Source: Candidatus Latescibacterota bacterium (GTDB lineage Bacteria; Latescibacterota; UBA2968; UBA8231). Taken from it: DNA of 64,000 nucleotides. This document shows, one piece after another, positions 1 to 9,607 of the stretch (within the stretch, counting starts at the first letter, position 1; every line of letters begins with the position of its first letter). The notes beneath the pieces were generated by a model. The model was not told the DNA's origin, made no database searches, and saw nothing but the letters and a program-made list of their open reading frames with translations. The position numbers and the translations under genes are program-made. The stretch covers positions 1,856,001 through 1,920,000 of the forward strand of contig CBDAOB010000004.1 of NCBI GenBank assembly GCA_965197905.1, read 5' to 3'.

Positions 1-1
1 T

Positions 2-604
2 GCCGAACTGGGCGCTCGGAGCCAACCCATCGACCACCTCCACGACCTTGTCGTGGCCACTCAGCACAAAAACGAAACCGAGCAAGGCGCCGAGTACGAA
101 GGCGACGATCTGGTCATGGGTCAGACTGGACACGAACTGGCCGAACGCCAGGAAGAATGCGCCCAGGAAAAGCGCACCTAGATAACTGGCGAGAATCACC
201 CCCATGTCCGGGTCGCCGAGCCAGGCGAGCATCACGACGATGGGAAAACTTCCCAACAACACCAGGGCATAGAAGAAAAAGGAGGCCAGGTATTTTCCCA
301 GCACGATCTGCAAGGGGGTCAGCGGCAAGGTCATCAATAATTCGAAGGTGTTCTGTGCCCGTTCCTCCGCCCAACTGCGCATGGTAATTGCCGGCACCAA
401 AGGAATGAGCAGGAACGGCAGGATTTCGAAGTAAGGACTCATGTCCACGACAGCGTTGAGGAAAAAGGAATTCATGAAGATGGTCGCCGAGAGACCGAGA
501 AAGACGCTGGCGTAGACATAGGCGATGGTGGAATCGAAGTACGCCTCCAGCTCGCGCCTAAACACCGTTCTGACGCCGGACGCGAACCCCTTGAAATCAG
601 CCAC
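2..604 (-). CDS. ABC-2 type transporter permease (GldF-like), runs off the window edge
   Basis: My translation from GTG at 604: MADFKGFASGVRTVFRRELEAYFDSTIAYVY...PAITMRSWAEERAQNTFELLMTLPL...LGKYLA. These are GldF/ABC-2 motifs with multiple TM segments. Overlaps the ATPase stop. Not in the ORF track because it has no stop in the window. Confidence 0.85.
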   Translation of the reverse strand, partial: MADFKGFASGVRTVFRRELEAYFDSTIAYVYASVFLGLSATIFMNSFFLNAVVDMSPYFEILPFLLIPLVPAITMRSWAEERAQNTFELLMTLPLTPLQIVLGKYLASFFFYALVLLGSFPIVVMLAWLGDPDMGVILASYLGALFLGAFFLAFGQFVSSLTHDQIVAFVLGALLGFVFVLSGHDKVVEVVDGLAPSAQFG

Positions 605-1364
605 GGGAGCTTCTCACCTCTTGGGCTGTGCGCACCAGGTGGGCAAAAACCGTTTCCAGAGATGCCGCCCCCGCTACGCCCGCGGTGTCGGCGAGCTCGT
701 CGATACGCCCGTCTCCCAGCAATCGACCAAGGTGAATGATCAAGACGCGATCGCTGATCGCCTCCACATCGCTGACGATATGAGTGCTGAAGAGTATGGC
801 CCTGTTCGCGCTCAACCTTCGAAGCATCTCGCGGAAGGCGATGACCTGAAGTGGATCGAAGCCATGGGTCGGTTCATCGAGGAATAAGACGGGTGGATCG
901 TGAATCAGTGCCGTCGCCAGACCGATGCGCTGACGAAACCCGGTGGAGCACTGGTTGACCCGCTGGAGGAGCACGGATTCGATATCACAGAGCTCGACAA
1001 CACGCTCGAAGCTGTCCCTCAGCTCTCGCTTGCCGAGACCTCGGGCCGCGCCCACGAACATGAGAAACTTGTCGACCCTCATCTCGCGGTACAGTGGCGT
1101 GTCGCCAGCCAGGTATCCGATGCACCGGCGGACTTCGAGAGATTCGCGCACCACGTCATGTCCGTCCACCGTGATACGGCCGGAGGTGGGATAGAGATAG
1201 GTGGACAGCATCTTCAGCATGGTGCTCTTGCCGGCTCCGTTGGGACCGACAAAACCAACGATTTCGCCCCGTTCCACCTGAAAGGTCACGTTGTCCACGG
1301 CGGTGAGCGCCCCGTACTGCTTGCTGACCGAATCGACCGAGATCATGGAAGGGAAACTATGCAT
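597..1364 (-). CDS. ABC transporter ATP-binding protein (GldA-like)
   Basis: Walker A GPNGAGKST, signature CSTGFRQR, Walker B LFLDEPT, H-loop STH. Start may be 1346. Confidence 0.9.
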   Translation of the reverse strand: MHSFPSMISVDSVSKQYGALTAVDNVTFQVERGEIVGFVGPNGAGKSTMLKMLSTYLYPTSGRITVDGHDVVRESLEVRRCIGYLAGDTPLYREMRVDKFLMFVGAARGLGKRELRDSFERVVELCDIESVLLQRVNQCSTGFRQRIGLATALIHDPPVLFLDEPTHGFDPLQVIAFREMLRRLSANRAILFSTHIVSDVEAISDRVLIIHLGRLLGDGRIDELADTAGVAGAASLETVFAHLVRTAQEVRSSRG

Positions 1365-1394
1365 TTGCCCGCAGACGACAATGCGAGGAAGCAG

Positions 1395-3097
1395 TCATTC
1401 GCCCATCGTGCACGACAGCGAACGCAAACGGTTGAAGGCTGCAGCCAGCTCGTGGGGCCGAAACCGCGCCAGATCAGCCAATTCGATACCGCTCAGATGG
1501 TCCAACCCCTGTTCTGCCACCGCGTCGATCTCCTGGACAAGCTTGGCCATGTTCACAGACGGTCCGCAGTTCGTGACGCAATGCTCTAACGCGGCGGCGA
1601 TGGCCCGCGTCTGGCTGGAATCCACCACTTGTTCGGCGGCGCGCAGGTCGATGGCATCTTCGCCAAACAGGATCGTGTAGCGGTCGTTTGGTAGATCGCC
1701 CGGTCGCCCTTGCGCGGATCTAGCAGATCGAGTTGCAGCGACCGATGAGAGACCTCTTTCCATATACCACTTGACTCGCTTCGCCGTGGTGATGCGCATC
1801 GACGGGCTATGGAAGCGGCTTCGCCCGTCGCGTCTCGTGGTCTATAGTTCTCCATGACAATGACCGTGTCCGCGACCTCGAAAAAATCACCATTGCTGCC
1901 GGCCACGAGAATCGTGGAGACCCCAAACTGTTCGTACAGGGTTCTCAAGCGGTCAATCAAGGGAATGATCGGTTCGTTCTCGGGGTCTACAAGCTGCTGC
2001 ATGCGATGGTCCCGGGACATGAAGTTGGAAGCGCAGGTGTCTTCGTCGATCAACAACAGGCGTGCCCCAATCTCGATCGCTTCGACGGTTGCCGCCGCCT
2101 GAGAGGTGGAGCCGGACCCATTGGAGGTGGAGAAATTTCCCGTATTGGATCCATCGGGCAACAATCCGAAAAACGGAGAGATGTCCACCGACGTGATGCT
2201 GCGTCCATCTTCAGCTCGAATCTTGACCGCGGTCTCATCGGTTACAACCCATTCCCTGCCGTCACCAGGCACGTGGTTGTACACCCCGCGTTGCAGCGCC
2301 TGGAGTAAGGTTGATTTTCCGTGAAACCCGCCTCCGACGACAAGCGTTACACCCTGGGGGATTCCCATGCCATCTATCTTGCCGCCGTTGGGCGCGTCGA
2401 GTGAGAGGCGAAGGGACGGCGGCGATTGAAACGGAACCGTTCCATGCTCGGCCAACGGAGTCTGTTCGACGCCGGATCGCCTGGGCAGGACACTGCCATT
2501 GCCGACAAAAGCTACCAGGTGGTGGCGCTGCAGCTGGCGGCGGAGGCAATCGGCGTCTTCGTTCACGGCGGCATAGCGCGTCGCATTGGTTCGGACCGCT
2601 CCAGGGTCGATGAGCGACGACGCCACGATCGCAGGAATATCCTCGAAGATCATGGCCATAGCCTCGTGACCGCGCACGCTGCGGCCGGCGGCCGGCAACC
2701 CGACAAAGAAACGTGCTTCCACAGCGTCGTCGCGCAGCATTACGCAGGTTCGCTCGAGCATCTCCTGTCCGGGGGTATCGATGCCAATGAATCCACTCTT
2801 GCCCGAACCGCGCCGACGGCAAACGACCTGCGCCTGCTCGGAGAACTGCGACGCCAGAAAGCTACAGAAACCAGTGATGCGGCTGCGGTTGGCCCAGAGG
2901 GTTTCGGGGTACCCGCTCCGCTCCAAATCGAGGCGTACGCGGAAGCGGCTGGGAGCTGCAAACGGATCCCCCTGGACGTGATCGATCGACAGCAAATAAT
3001 CGTCAAAGGCGTAGCTGCCGCGGATTTGCTTGTAGGTTTTGTACCCCTGCCCGTCGATCTGGATGAGCAGGTCTTTTAACGTGGCGGGATTCGCCAT
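1395..3097 (-). pseudogene. ABC-class ATPase (ABC_ATPase/MRB1590-like family), frameshifted near the 3' end
   Basis: HVQGDPFAAPS, GGGFHGKSTLL, IRAEDGR, SGSTSQAA and LLIDEDT motifs in the 1586..3160 frame. The family-type C-terminus (ILFGEDAIDLRAAEQVVDSSQTRAIA...ELAAAFNRLRSL) is in the -1 frame (ORF 1395..1799). Likely start ATG 3097. Confidence 0.75.
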
Positions 3098-3116
3098 CTT
3101 GGAAAGCCTTTCGAAG

Positions 3117-3145
3117 TTGACACCTTGGGGCCGTACTCTATTATA
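3117..3145. promoter_or_regulatory. Overlapping divergent sigma70-type promoter elements
   Basis: + strand: TTGACA (3117-3122), 16 nt, TATTAT (3139-3144). - strand: TATAAT (3145-3140) upstream of the ATPase ATG at 3097. Confidence 0.55.
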
Positions 3146-3168
3146 AAAACACAGCAGCATCCCACCCG

Positions 3169-3804
3169 ATGGAGAACTGTGGCAGGAACCTTTTGACGAT
3201 TATTCTCTTGGTGTTGCTGGCGGCAACACCCGGTCTTGCCCTCAAATCTTCGGTAGACCCTCAGAAGACACATCTAGTTATCAGCCCGACGCTGAGCTTT
3301 CCGGTCGGGAACTTCTCCGATATTGCCGGAGTCGGAGGAGGTCTGAGCGTCGACTACCGCCGCCCGCTCGACGCCAGCATCGAATTGACCGCAAGTGTGG
3401 GGGGCCTCCTGTTCGCCAAGAAGAAAGGGTCAGAACAGCTTCTCCCTATCGACGCCGGACTGAATGTTCCCACAAGCCTGGAGCTGGAATCCCGTCTCGG
3501 CACGGCCATTTTTCCGGCTAAGATCGGCGTTCGCTACATCGTCGATAACAATATCTTCCTCAAGCTGGAGTTAGGCGACCTCTACTCGCGGGTCGAACGG
3601 GAAGGCATCATCACGAGAGGCACGGAGAAGGGCGTCACGCTGGGACGAACGGAAACCAACTCCCACGGGTTACTCATCTCGATCGGTTTAGGGCTCGCCA
3701 GAGGAATGCACCGCGGCGGTCTCGAACTCAATTACTCGCTTCGCGGCAGCGGACCGCTCAATGACGGCGATCTGGCCTGGCTCGCCATTTTCTTTGGCAT
3801 TTAG
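3169..3804 (+). CDS. Secreted protein, probable outer-membrane beta-barrel
   Basis: Signal peptide (LLTIILLVLLAATPGLA), amphipathic beta-strand pattern (GGGLSVDY, KIGVRY, LELNY), aromatic C-terminus. Confidence 0.55.
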   Translation: MENCGRNLLTIILLVLLAATPGLALKSSVDPQKTHLVISPTLSFPVGNFSDIAGVGGGLSVDYRRPLDASIELTASVGGLLFAKKKGSEQLLPIDAGLNVPTSLELESRLGTAIFPAKIGVRYIVDNNIFLKLELGDLYSRVEREGIITRGTEKGVTLGRTETNSHGLLISIGLGLARGMHRGGLELNYSLRGSGPLNDGDLAWLAIFFGI

Positions 3805-3810
3805 ACACCC

Positions 3811-6354
3811 ATGAAACAACGCAAAGCTGACCTCGGGTGGCTCATTCCGTGGGTCGTGCTGCTGCTAGGCGCACCCCACTGCGGCGAGCAATCGACCAAG
3901 TCACGTGACCTCATCCCCGACGACTACAGCAGTGAAGACCGAATCGCCTTTACCTCAGATCGGGACGGCGATTTCGATATCTATGCCATGAGCTCCGATG
4001 GCGAAGAGCAGTTTCGATTGACTCGCCACGAAGCGATGGACGGCGAACCCGATTGGTCTCCCGATGGCACGCGGCTGGCGTTTGTCTCCAACCGCGCCTT
4101 CAACAACGAGATCTATACCATGAACAGCGATGGCTCCGACGTGCGCAGGCTGACCGAGCACGACGCCGTTGACGGCAGTCCGGCTTGGTCTCCGGATGCA
4201 TCGCAGATTGCGTTCGTGTCTGACAGAGACCAAAACCTGGAGATCTACGCCGTAGATACGGCTTCCGGCGAAACGGACCGCGTGACCGACCACGAGGCCG
4301 ACGACGTCGAACCGGCGTGGTCCCCCGACGGACGACAGCTCTTGTTCGTCTCCGACAGGTCGGGAAACGCAGAAATCTACAGTGCCGATGCGGACGGCGG
4401 CAATCCGGTCAATCTGTCCCGTCACGACGCAGAGGAAGGATCACCTTCCTGGTCGCCGGACGGCAGCACCATTGCCTATCTATCCGACCGCGACGGGAAC
4501 AGCGACCTCTATCTGATGAACGCACAGTCGCCCGAGATCGAGCCTGTGAATCTGACCTACAACAGCGCATTCGACGGTTTTACGCCAAGCTGGTCACCTG
4601 ACAGCGAACAGCTGACGTTCGTTTCCAGCCGCAGCGGCAATAACGATTTCGAGATCTACTCGATGTTCGCGAAACCGCAACGATTTGTCGAGACACTCAA
4701 TCAGGCGGGTTTCCCCGCTTGGTCTCGCAACGGCAGCCGCCTGGCTGTGGTGGCGCAGGGAGATGTGAATACAGACATCTTCGTAACCGATTCCGACGGC
4801 ATCGAGATCGACAATTTGACCACCGACGCGGCGCACGAGCGGTTCCCGGCGTGGCACCCCGACGGCAGTGCCATCGCCTTTACCTCGGACCGCGATGGCA
4901 ACGATGAGATCTATTGGATGAGCTCCGACGGCATGGTTCCGTTCGAGCTGATAACGGACCCCGCCAAGGACTATGATCCGGTATGGTCGCCGAACGAATC
5001 GACCATCGCGTTCGTTTCCGACAGAGACGGAAACGCAGAGATCTATCTGGTCCGTTCCGGAGCCCAGGATGAGGCTACAAACCTGACCAACCATGCGGCT
5101 GAGGACCGCGATCCCGCCTGGTCACCGGACAGCGACCGGGTCGTCTTTGTGTCTGATCGCGACGGCAACGACGAACTCTACATTTTGACGCTGGCAGATT
5201 CCAGCCTCCTGCGCTTGACCAACAACACCCAGCGGGACGGTGCCCCCACATGGTCGCCGGACGGCAAAGAGATCGCCTTCACGTCCGACCGCGACGGTGT
5301 CGTCGATCTCTACAAGATCCAAGCGGACGCAACCTCCAGCGAGGCGATCAGGCTGACCGAGGATGGCGGGGTCGATGACCCTGTTTGGGCCCCGAAAAGA
5401 GCCGAGATAGCTTTCGTCTCCGATCGCGACGGCAACCTGGAGATCTTTTCCGTCGATGCGGATGGGGGCACGGCGGTCAATCTTTCCGATTCCCCCGGGG
5501 AAGATTACGCTCCAGCCTGGTTTCCCGACGGTTCGCTGTTGGTGTTCGTATCGGATCGCGACGGGCAATTGGATCTGTATCGGATGAAGAAAGACGGTGA
5601 CGAGGTCACGCGACTCACGGAGAACGAGGCCGAAGAGGATGCCCCGTCCTGGTCGCCCAGTGGTCTGCAGCTGGTATATGCTTCCGGCTTCACCGGCAAT
5701 CTCGATATCCATCTGATCGGTTCCCAGGGTTTGGTGCCCGTTCGCGTTACCGATAACCCGGGTGCGGACGTCTGTCCGACCTGGTCGTCGGACGGAACCC
5801 ACATCGCCTACGCGTCGAACCGGGACGGCAATTACGAGATCTATACCTCAAAGCTAGAATCGCTGCAGACAACCAACCTGACCTTGGCTGCGGCGGATGA
5901 CCTCTATCCGGCCTGGTCGCCCAACGGCAGGGAGATCCTCTTCGTTTCGAATCGGGACGGCAACACCGAGATCTACCTCATGAAAGCTGACGGTTCTAAC
6001 GTAGTGCGACTGACCAACAATCCCTCCGAGGACCTGTTTCCCACCTGGTCGCCCGACAACCAGGTGATTTTCGTGTCCGACCGGGACGGCCGCTTCGATC
6101 TGTATGGAATGGATCTCGTGCGCGGCGCGATGGACGACGTAACCGAAATGGATGGCGGTCCCATCGCGAGTCAGCGGCGACTCACCGACTTCGGCGTCAG
6201 CGCCAGTTCCTCCATTTCCTGGTATTCGGTCCGTGACATCGCCTTCGCTTCCGACCGCGACGGTGCCTCGAGAATCTACCTTCGCGACATCACGCCTGAA
6301 CGCCTGACTTCGAGCCGTGGATTCGACTGGAGTCCAACCTGGTCGCCGCGCTAG
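3811..6354 (+). CDS. Secreted TolB-like (PD40/WD40-like) multi-beta-propeller protein
   Basis: 18 repeats of P.WSPDG..IAF.SDRDGN.EIY. N-terminal hydrophobic segment followed by Cys (possible lipoprotein). Confidence 0.85.
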   Translation: MKQRKADLGWLIPWVVLLLGAPHCGEQSTKSRDLIPDDYSSEDRIAFTSDRDGDFDIYAMSSDGEEQFRLTRHEAMDGEPDWSPDGTRLAFVSNRAFNNEIYTMNSDGSDVRRLTEHDAVDGSPAWSPDASQIAFVSDRDQNLEIYAVDTASGETDRVTDHEADDVEPAWSPDGRQLLFVSDRSGNAEIYSADADGGNPVNLSRHDAEEGSPSWSPDGSTIAYLSDRDGNSDLYLMNAQSPEIEPVNLTYNSAFDGFTPSWSPDSEQLTFVSSRSGNNDFEIYSMFAKPQRFVETLNQAGFPAWSRNGSRLAVVAQGDVNTDIFVTDSDGIEIDNLTTDAAHERFPAWHPDGSAIAFTSDRDGNDEIYWMSSDGMVPFELITDPAKDYDPVWSPNESTIAFVSDRDGNAEIYLVRSGAQDEATNLTNHAAEDRDPAWSPDSDRVVFVSDRDGNDELYILTLADSSLLRLTNNTQRDGAPTWSPDGKEIAFTSDRDGVVDLYKIQADATSSEAIRLTEDGGVDDPVWAPKRAEIAFVSDRDGNLEIFSVDADGGTAVNLSDSPGEDYAPAWFPDGSLLVFVSDRDGQLDLYRMKKDGDEVTRLTENEAEEDAPSWSPSGLQLVYASGFTGNLDIHLIGSQGLVPVRVTDNPGADVCPTWSSDGTHIAYASNRDGNYEIYTSKLESLQTTNLTLAAADDLYPAWSPNGREILFVSNRDGNTEIYLMKADGSNVVRLTNNPSEDLFPTWSPDNQVIFVSDRDGRFDLYGMDLVRGAMDDVTEMDGGPIASQRRLTDFGVSASSSISWYSVRDIAFASDRDGASRIYLRDITPERLTSSRGFDWSPTWSPR

Positions 6355-7818
6355 CGGCGATCCTTCGCGGGCGTCAAGTCCCAACGAAGAGGTTCTCGAG
6401 GCCCAGGCCCGGGTCTGCACCGGTCCCCGCCAGGCGAGACCTCTCGGCCACCGTTCCGAAGACCCCGATCCGCACCGAATTCTCCAACTGATCCTGAAAT
6501 CGGCGCAAGGCGAAGCGGACGGTACCGCGGTGTCCCCGGCGCAGATGGGCGCTTTCTTCGCAGCCATGACCCTGCGCCGCACCTTCGCTCCGCCGACCAA
6601 CTGGAACGCGGCGGAGGAAGCGGCGTTTGCGCGATACGGCGACATGCTGCAGGCAGTGTTGCCCCCGGAAATCGGATTCTTGCTGCGCCCCCACAACGAG
6701 TTCAACCCTGCGGATGAGAACACCTGCCACCTCGTTGAGGCCCTGCGCACCATCCTTCGGGGTGACCACCTTTCCTACCTCGAAACCCGGCAGGTGCTGG
6801 AGATCATTCTTCACCAAGAGGTCCCGGCGGCGCTAGCTGTGGCGGTGTTGATAGGTCAGCGCATGAATCTGGAGAGCATCGAGGAAAGCCGGGCGTACCT
6901 GGATGTCCCAGGCGGACCGGAGGCGGCGGTCGCGGTCGAGCTTGAGTCCCTGACTCACTTGGGTGAGCCGTACGACGGTGCGAGGCGCTATTTCCGACCT
7001 TCGGTGTTTGTCGCTGCGGTTCGTGCGGCGTTGGGGCGGCCAACCGTGCTGCACGGTGTGGACGGCATGCCACCCCCAAATGGGGCGTGACCGACGAGCA
7101 GGTAGTACGTGCCCTGGGGGCCCGCACCGACCTCAACCTGGAGGATGCGAAAACGTTGCTTGAGGACCCCGAAGTGGGTTGGGTCTACATCAGCCAGCGC
7201 GAGTATGCCCCCGGTCTTTACCGGTTGCGGCAGCTGCGAGAACACATCAAGAAGAGGCCTCCGTGGGCGGCGACCGAGAAGGTGTGCCAACTGTTCAGGT
7301 GCGGCGCCAACGACTGCATGGTCGCCGGCATCTACCACCACGGCTACGACGACTCACTGCTGCAGCTGATGTGGGAGCGGGGTTTGAGTTCCGGGTTGGT
7401 AATGAAGGGAGAGGAGGGAAGCAGCTTCTACTCCCTGCGCCGGGGAAACCCATCTGCCCGCAGCACCATGGCGATGAATTACACCCGAGGATTCCGGCGT
7501 AGAGGGAGTCAGCGGTTTGATTTCACCCACGACGTCGATCCGCGTCAGTACGGTTTCGAATACGAGCTGAATCCACGGTTGACCGCGGTCACCGCAGCAG
7601 CGGTCGCCGCCACCGGTTCGGCGGCGTAAAATGGGGTCGAGGGGCACGGGTTCGATCGCATCGCCCTGAACGCAGGCCTGTTGGACTACTTTCTAGGATT
7701 CTCCGGCGATCCCCAGGGGTCGATTCAGGAAGCCCGCACCGCGATGGTGAATGGGCAGGCCGCGGCACGGCTGCAGGCGTATGTAGTGCGTGCGCCGGCC
7801 CGTGCGGCATCCGGCTAG
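6317..7818 (+). pseudogene. Anthranilate phosphoribosyltransferase-like (TrpD2/YbiB-related) protein with a frameshift and an in-frame stop
   Basis: AQMGAFFAAMTLR, EPYDG and VLHGVDGMPP in the first frame. A -1 shift at the C run 7073-7077 gives KWGVTDEQ...LREHIKKRPPWAATEK...KGEEG. After TAA at 7627-7629 the same frame continues NGVEGHGFDRIALNAG...ARTAMVNGQAAARL to TAG 7816-7818, a TrpD-like C-terminus. Confidence 0.75.
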
Positions 7819-7836
7819 GGTTAGCTGGATGGCGGC

Positions 7837-8661
7837 TCAGACAGGCTCAGAAAGTGCCACGGCGTAGGCCAATTGTAGAGCGAAGGCGATGGCGGTCGCG
7901 ACCCCGCAAACCCCCGCGCCAAGGTAGGCACCCAGGCCTTCCCGGCCGGGAAACCGCACGAAGATCGACGCTACCCCGTACCCCCCGGCGAACCCTCCCA
8001 AGTGAGCCCAATTGTCGATGCCGGGGAACACCAAGCCGAAAACGAAGAGGATACCTGCCCACTGCAGAAACTGCCGGGTGAACAACGAGCTTCCCGATCT
8101 CCGGCCGTATACGATCGCCGTTGCCAGCAGGCCGAAGATCGAACCCGAAGCACCCAAGGTGGCGTTGTGGCCCATCGTGGCCGACAGCCAGAAGCCCGCA
8201 ATCCCCGCCACCGTGAAGATGGTGAACAGGCGGAACGGTCCGAACAGTTCCTCGACCAAGGGACCCAGCTGCCGGACCCACATCATGTTGAAAAAGATGT
8301 GAAGCAATCCCCCGTGTAGATAAATGGCGGTGATGAGGGTCCACCAATGCCCGTACTGGTAGACCAACCCGCCGCCGGTCATACCAAACATCAGGTTCGC
8401 TTCGAAGCTGGGAGCGAGAATGCCCAGCATACCCCGAGATTGAAAAATCGCCGATGGGTCGCTAAGCAGCGCCAGCAGATATAGACCAACACATACGACG
8501 AGGATCAGATGGGGGAAATCGAGGCGCAAGCCGACCTTGCGCATAGCTGTGGTGAATCCCCACAACCCGGGTTTGGGTTGGCCACAATGCGGGCAGCTGG
8601 CGGCGTCATTACTGACGAGCTTGTGGCAACGAGGACAAAGGATGGCTGGCATAGTGAACAA
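7837..8661 (-). CDS. Rhomboid-family intramembrane serine protease with N-terminal zinc ribbon
   Basis: CPRC/CPHC, HGGLLHIFFNM, catalytic GASG and WAHLGG. Confidence 0.9.
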   Translation of the reverse strand: MFTMPAILCPRCHKLVSNDAASCPHCGQPKPGLWGFTTAMRKVGLRLDFPHLILVVCVGLYLLALLSDPSAIFQSRGMLGILAPSFEANLMFGMTGGGLVYQYGHWWTLITAIYLHGGLLHIFFNMMWVRQLGPLVEELFGPFRLFTIFTVAGIAGFWLSATMGHNATLGASGSIFGLLATAIVYGRRSGSSLFTRQFLQWAGILFVFGLVFPGIDNWAHLGGFAGGYGVASIFVRFPGREGLGAYLGAGVCGVATAIAFALQLAYAVALSEPV

Positions 8662-8815
8662 TCTTCATTGCGAGATTCGACTCGCGCGAACAATCTCGAT
8701 CCGGATTTCCCGGTTGGATCGAATATAGAGGCAGACCGCAGCCGGTTCCACACCGCCAGGTCATTGCGTCCCCATGGGGGCCGCCGTATTATGATCCGGT
8801 CCAACGAGGAGGGGG

Positions 8816-9607
8816 ATGCGACCTATCATCATCGGTGCCGGCAGGGGCCGCCGGTTGAACGCATTGACTGAGCGACAGCCGAAATGTTACGCCGAGGTCG
8901 GCGGCAAACGGATACTCGACTGGCTGCTGGAAGCGCTGCAGGATGCCGGCCTCGAGTCACCCGTTTTCGTAGGCGGTTATCAGATCGATCTGATACGGGA
9001 AGATTATCCGCATCTACAATTCTGCCACAACGAAGCTTGGCCCAACAACAACATCCTCGCGTCCCTGTTTTACGCTGAAGACCACATGCACGATGGGTTC
9101 GTCTGTTCCTACGCGGACATCCTCTTTCGGGGCAGCGTCGTGCGCCGGGCGCTGGAGCACCCAGGGGACATGGTCTTGTGCGTCGACAGCGGCTGGCGCA
9201 AACGCTATAGCGACAGAAGCCAGCATCCCGAGGAAGACGCCGAGAAGGTGATCGCCGACGGCGACAAGCTGCTGCGCATCGACCGAGCTATCCCAGCCGC
9301 GGAGGCCACCGGCGAATACATTGGTGTCGCCAAGTTCAGTTCCACCGCGGTATCATGGCTTCGCGGCCACCACGATCGGGTCAATATGATGTTCTCGGGG
9401 CGCGTCTGGAGAGACGGCGCGCCGTTCGAAAAATCCTACCTGATCCATCTTTTCCAGGAGATGATTGAACAGGGCCTGGAGTTTCATATGGTGACTACCA
9501 ACGGCGAGTACATGGAGATAGATACCGAGGAAGATTATGCGCTGGCCAACGCCGGTTGGCCCACCCGGTTTGTGCGACCCGAAGGCACTTCTTATGTCGA
9601 CGGTTGA
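8816..9607 (+). CDS. Phosphocholine/phosphonate cytidylyltransferase-family NTP transferase (LicC-like)
   Basis: IIGAGRGRRL...PKC, NNILASL, YADILF, GEYIGVAKFS, YMEIDTEED. Confidence 0.8.
   Translation: MRPIIIGAGRGRRLNALTERQPKCYAEVGGKRILDWLLEALQDAGLESPVFVGGYQIDLIREDYPHLQFCHNEAWPNNNILASLFYAEDHMHDGFVCSYADILFRGSVVRRALEHPGDMVLCVDSGWRKRYSDRSQHPEEDAEKVIADGDKLLRIDRAIPAAEATGEYIGVAKFSSTAVSWLRGHHDRVNMMFSGRVWRDGAPFEKSYLIHLFQEMIEQGLEFHMVTTNGEYMEIDTEEDYALANAGWPTRFVRPEGTSYVDG

Noticed and set aside
3940..6350. Recurring DNA motifs (e.g. TGGTCGCCGGACGG, GACCGCGACGG) as a CRISPR or non-coding repeat array
   Set aside because: They are degenerate at third codon positions and correspond to protein blade repeats. 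The same applies to 28800-30480.
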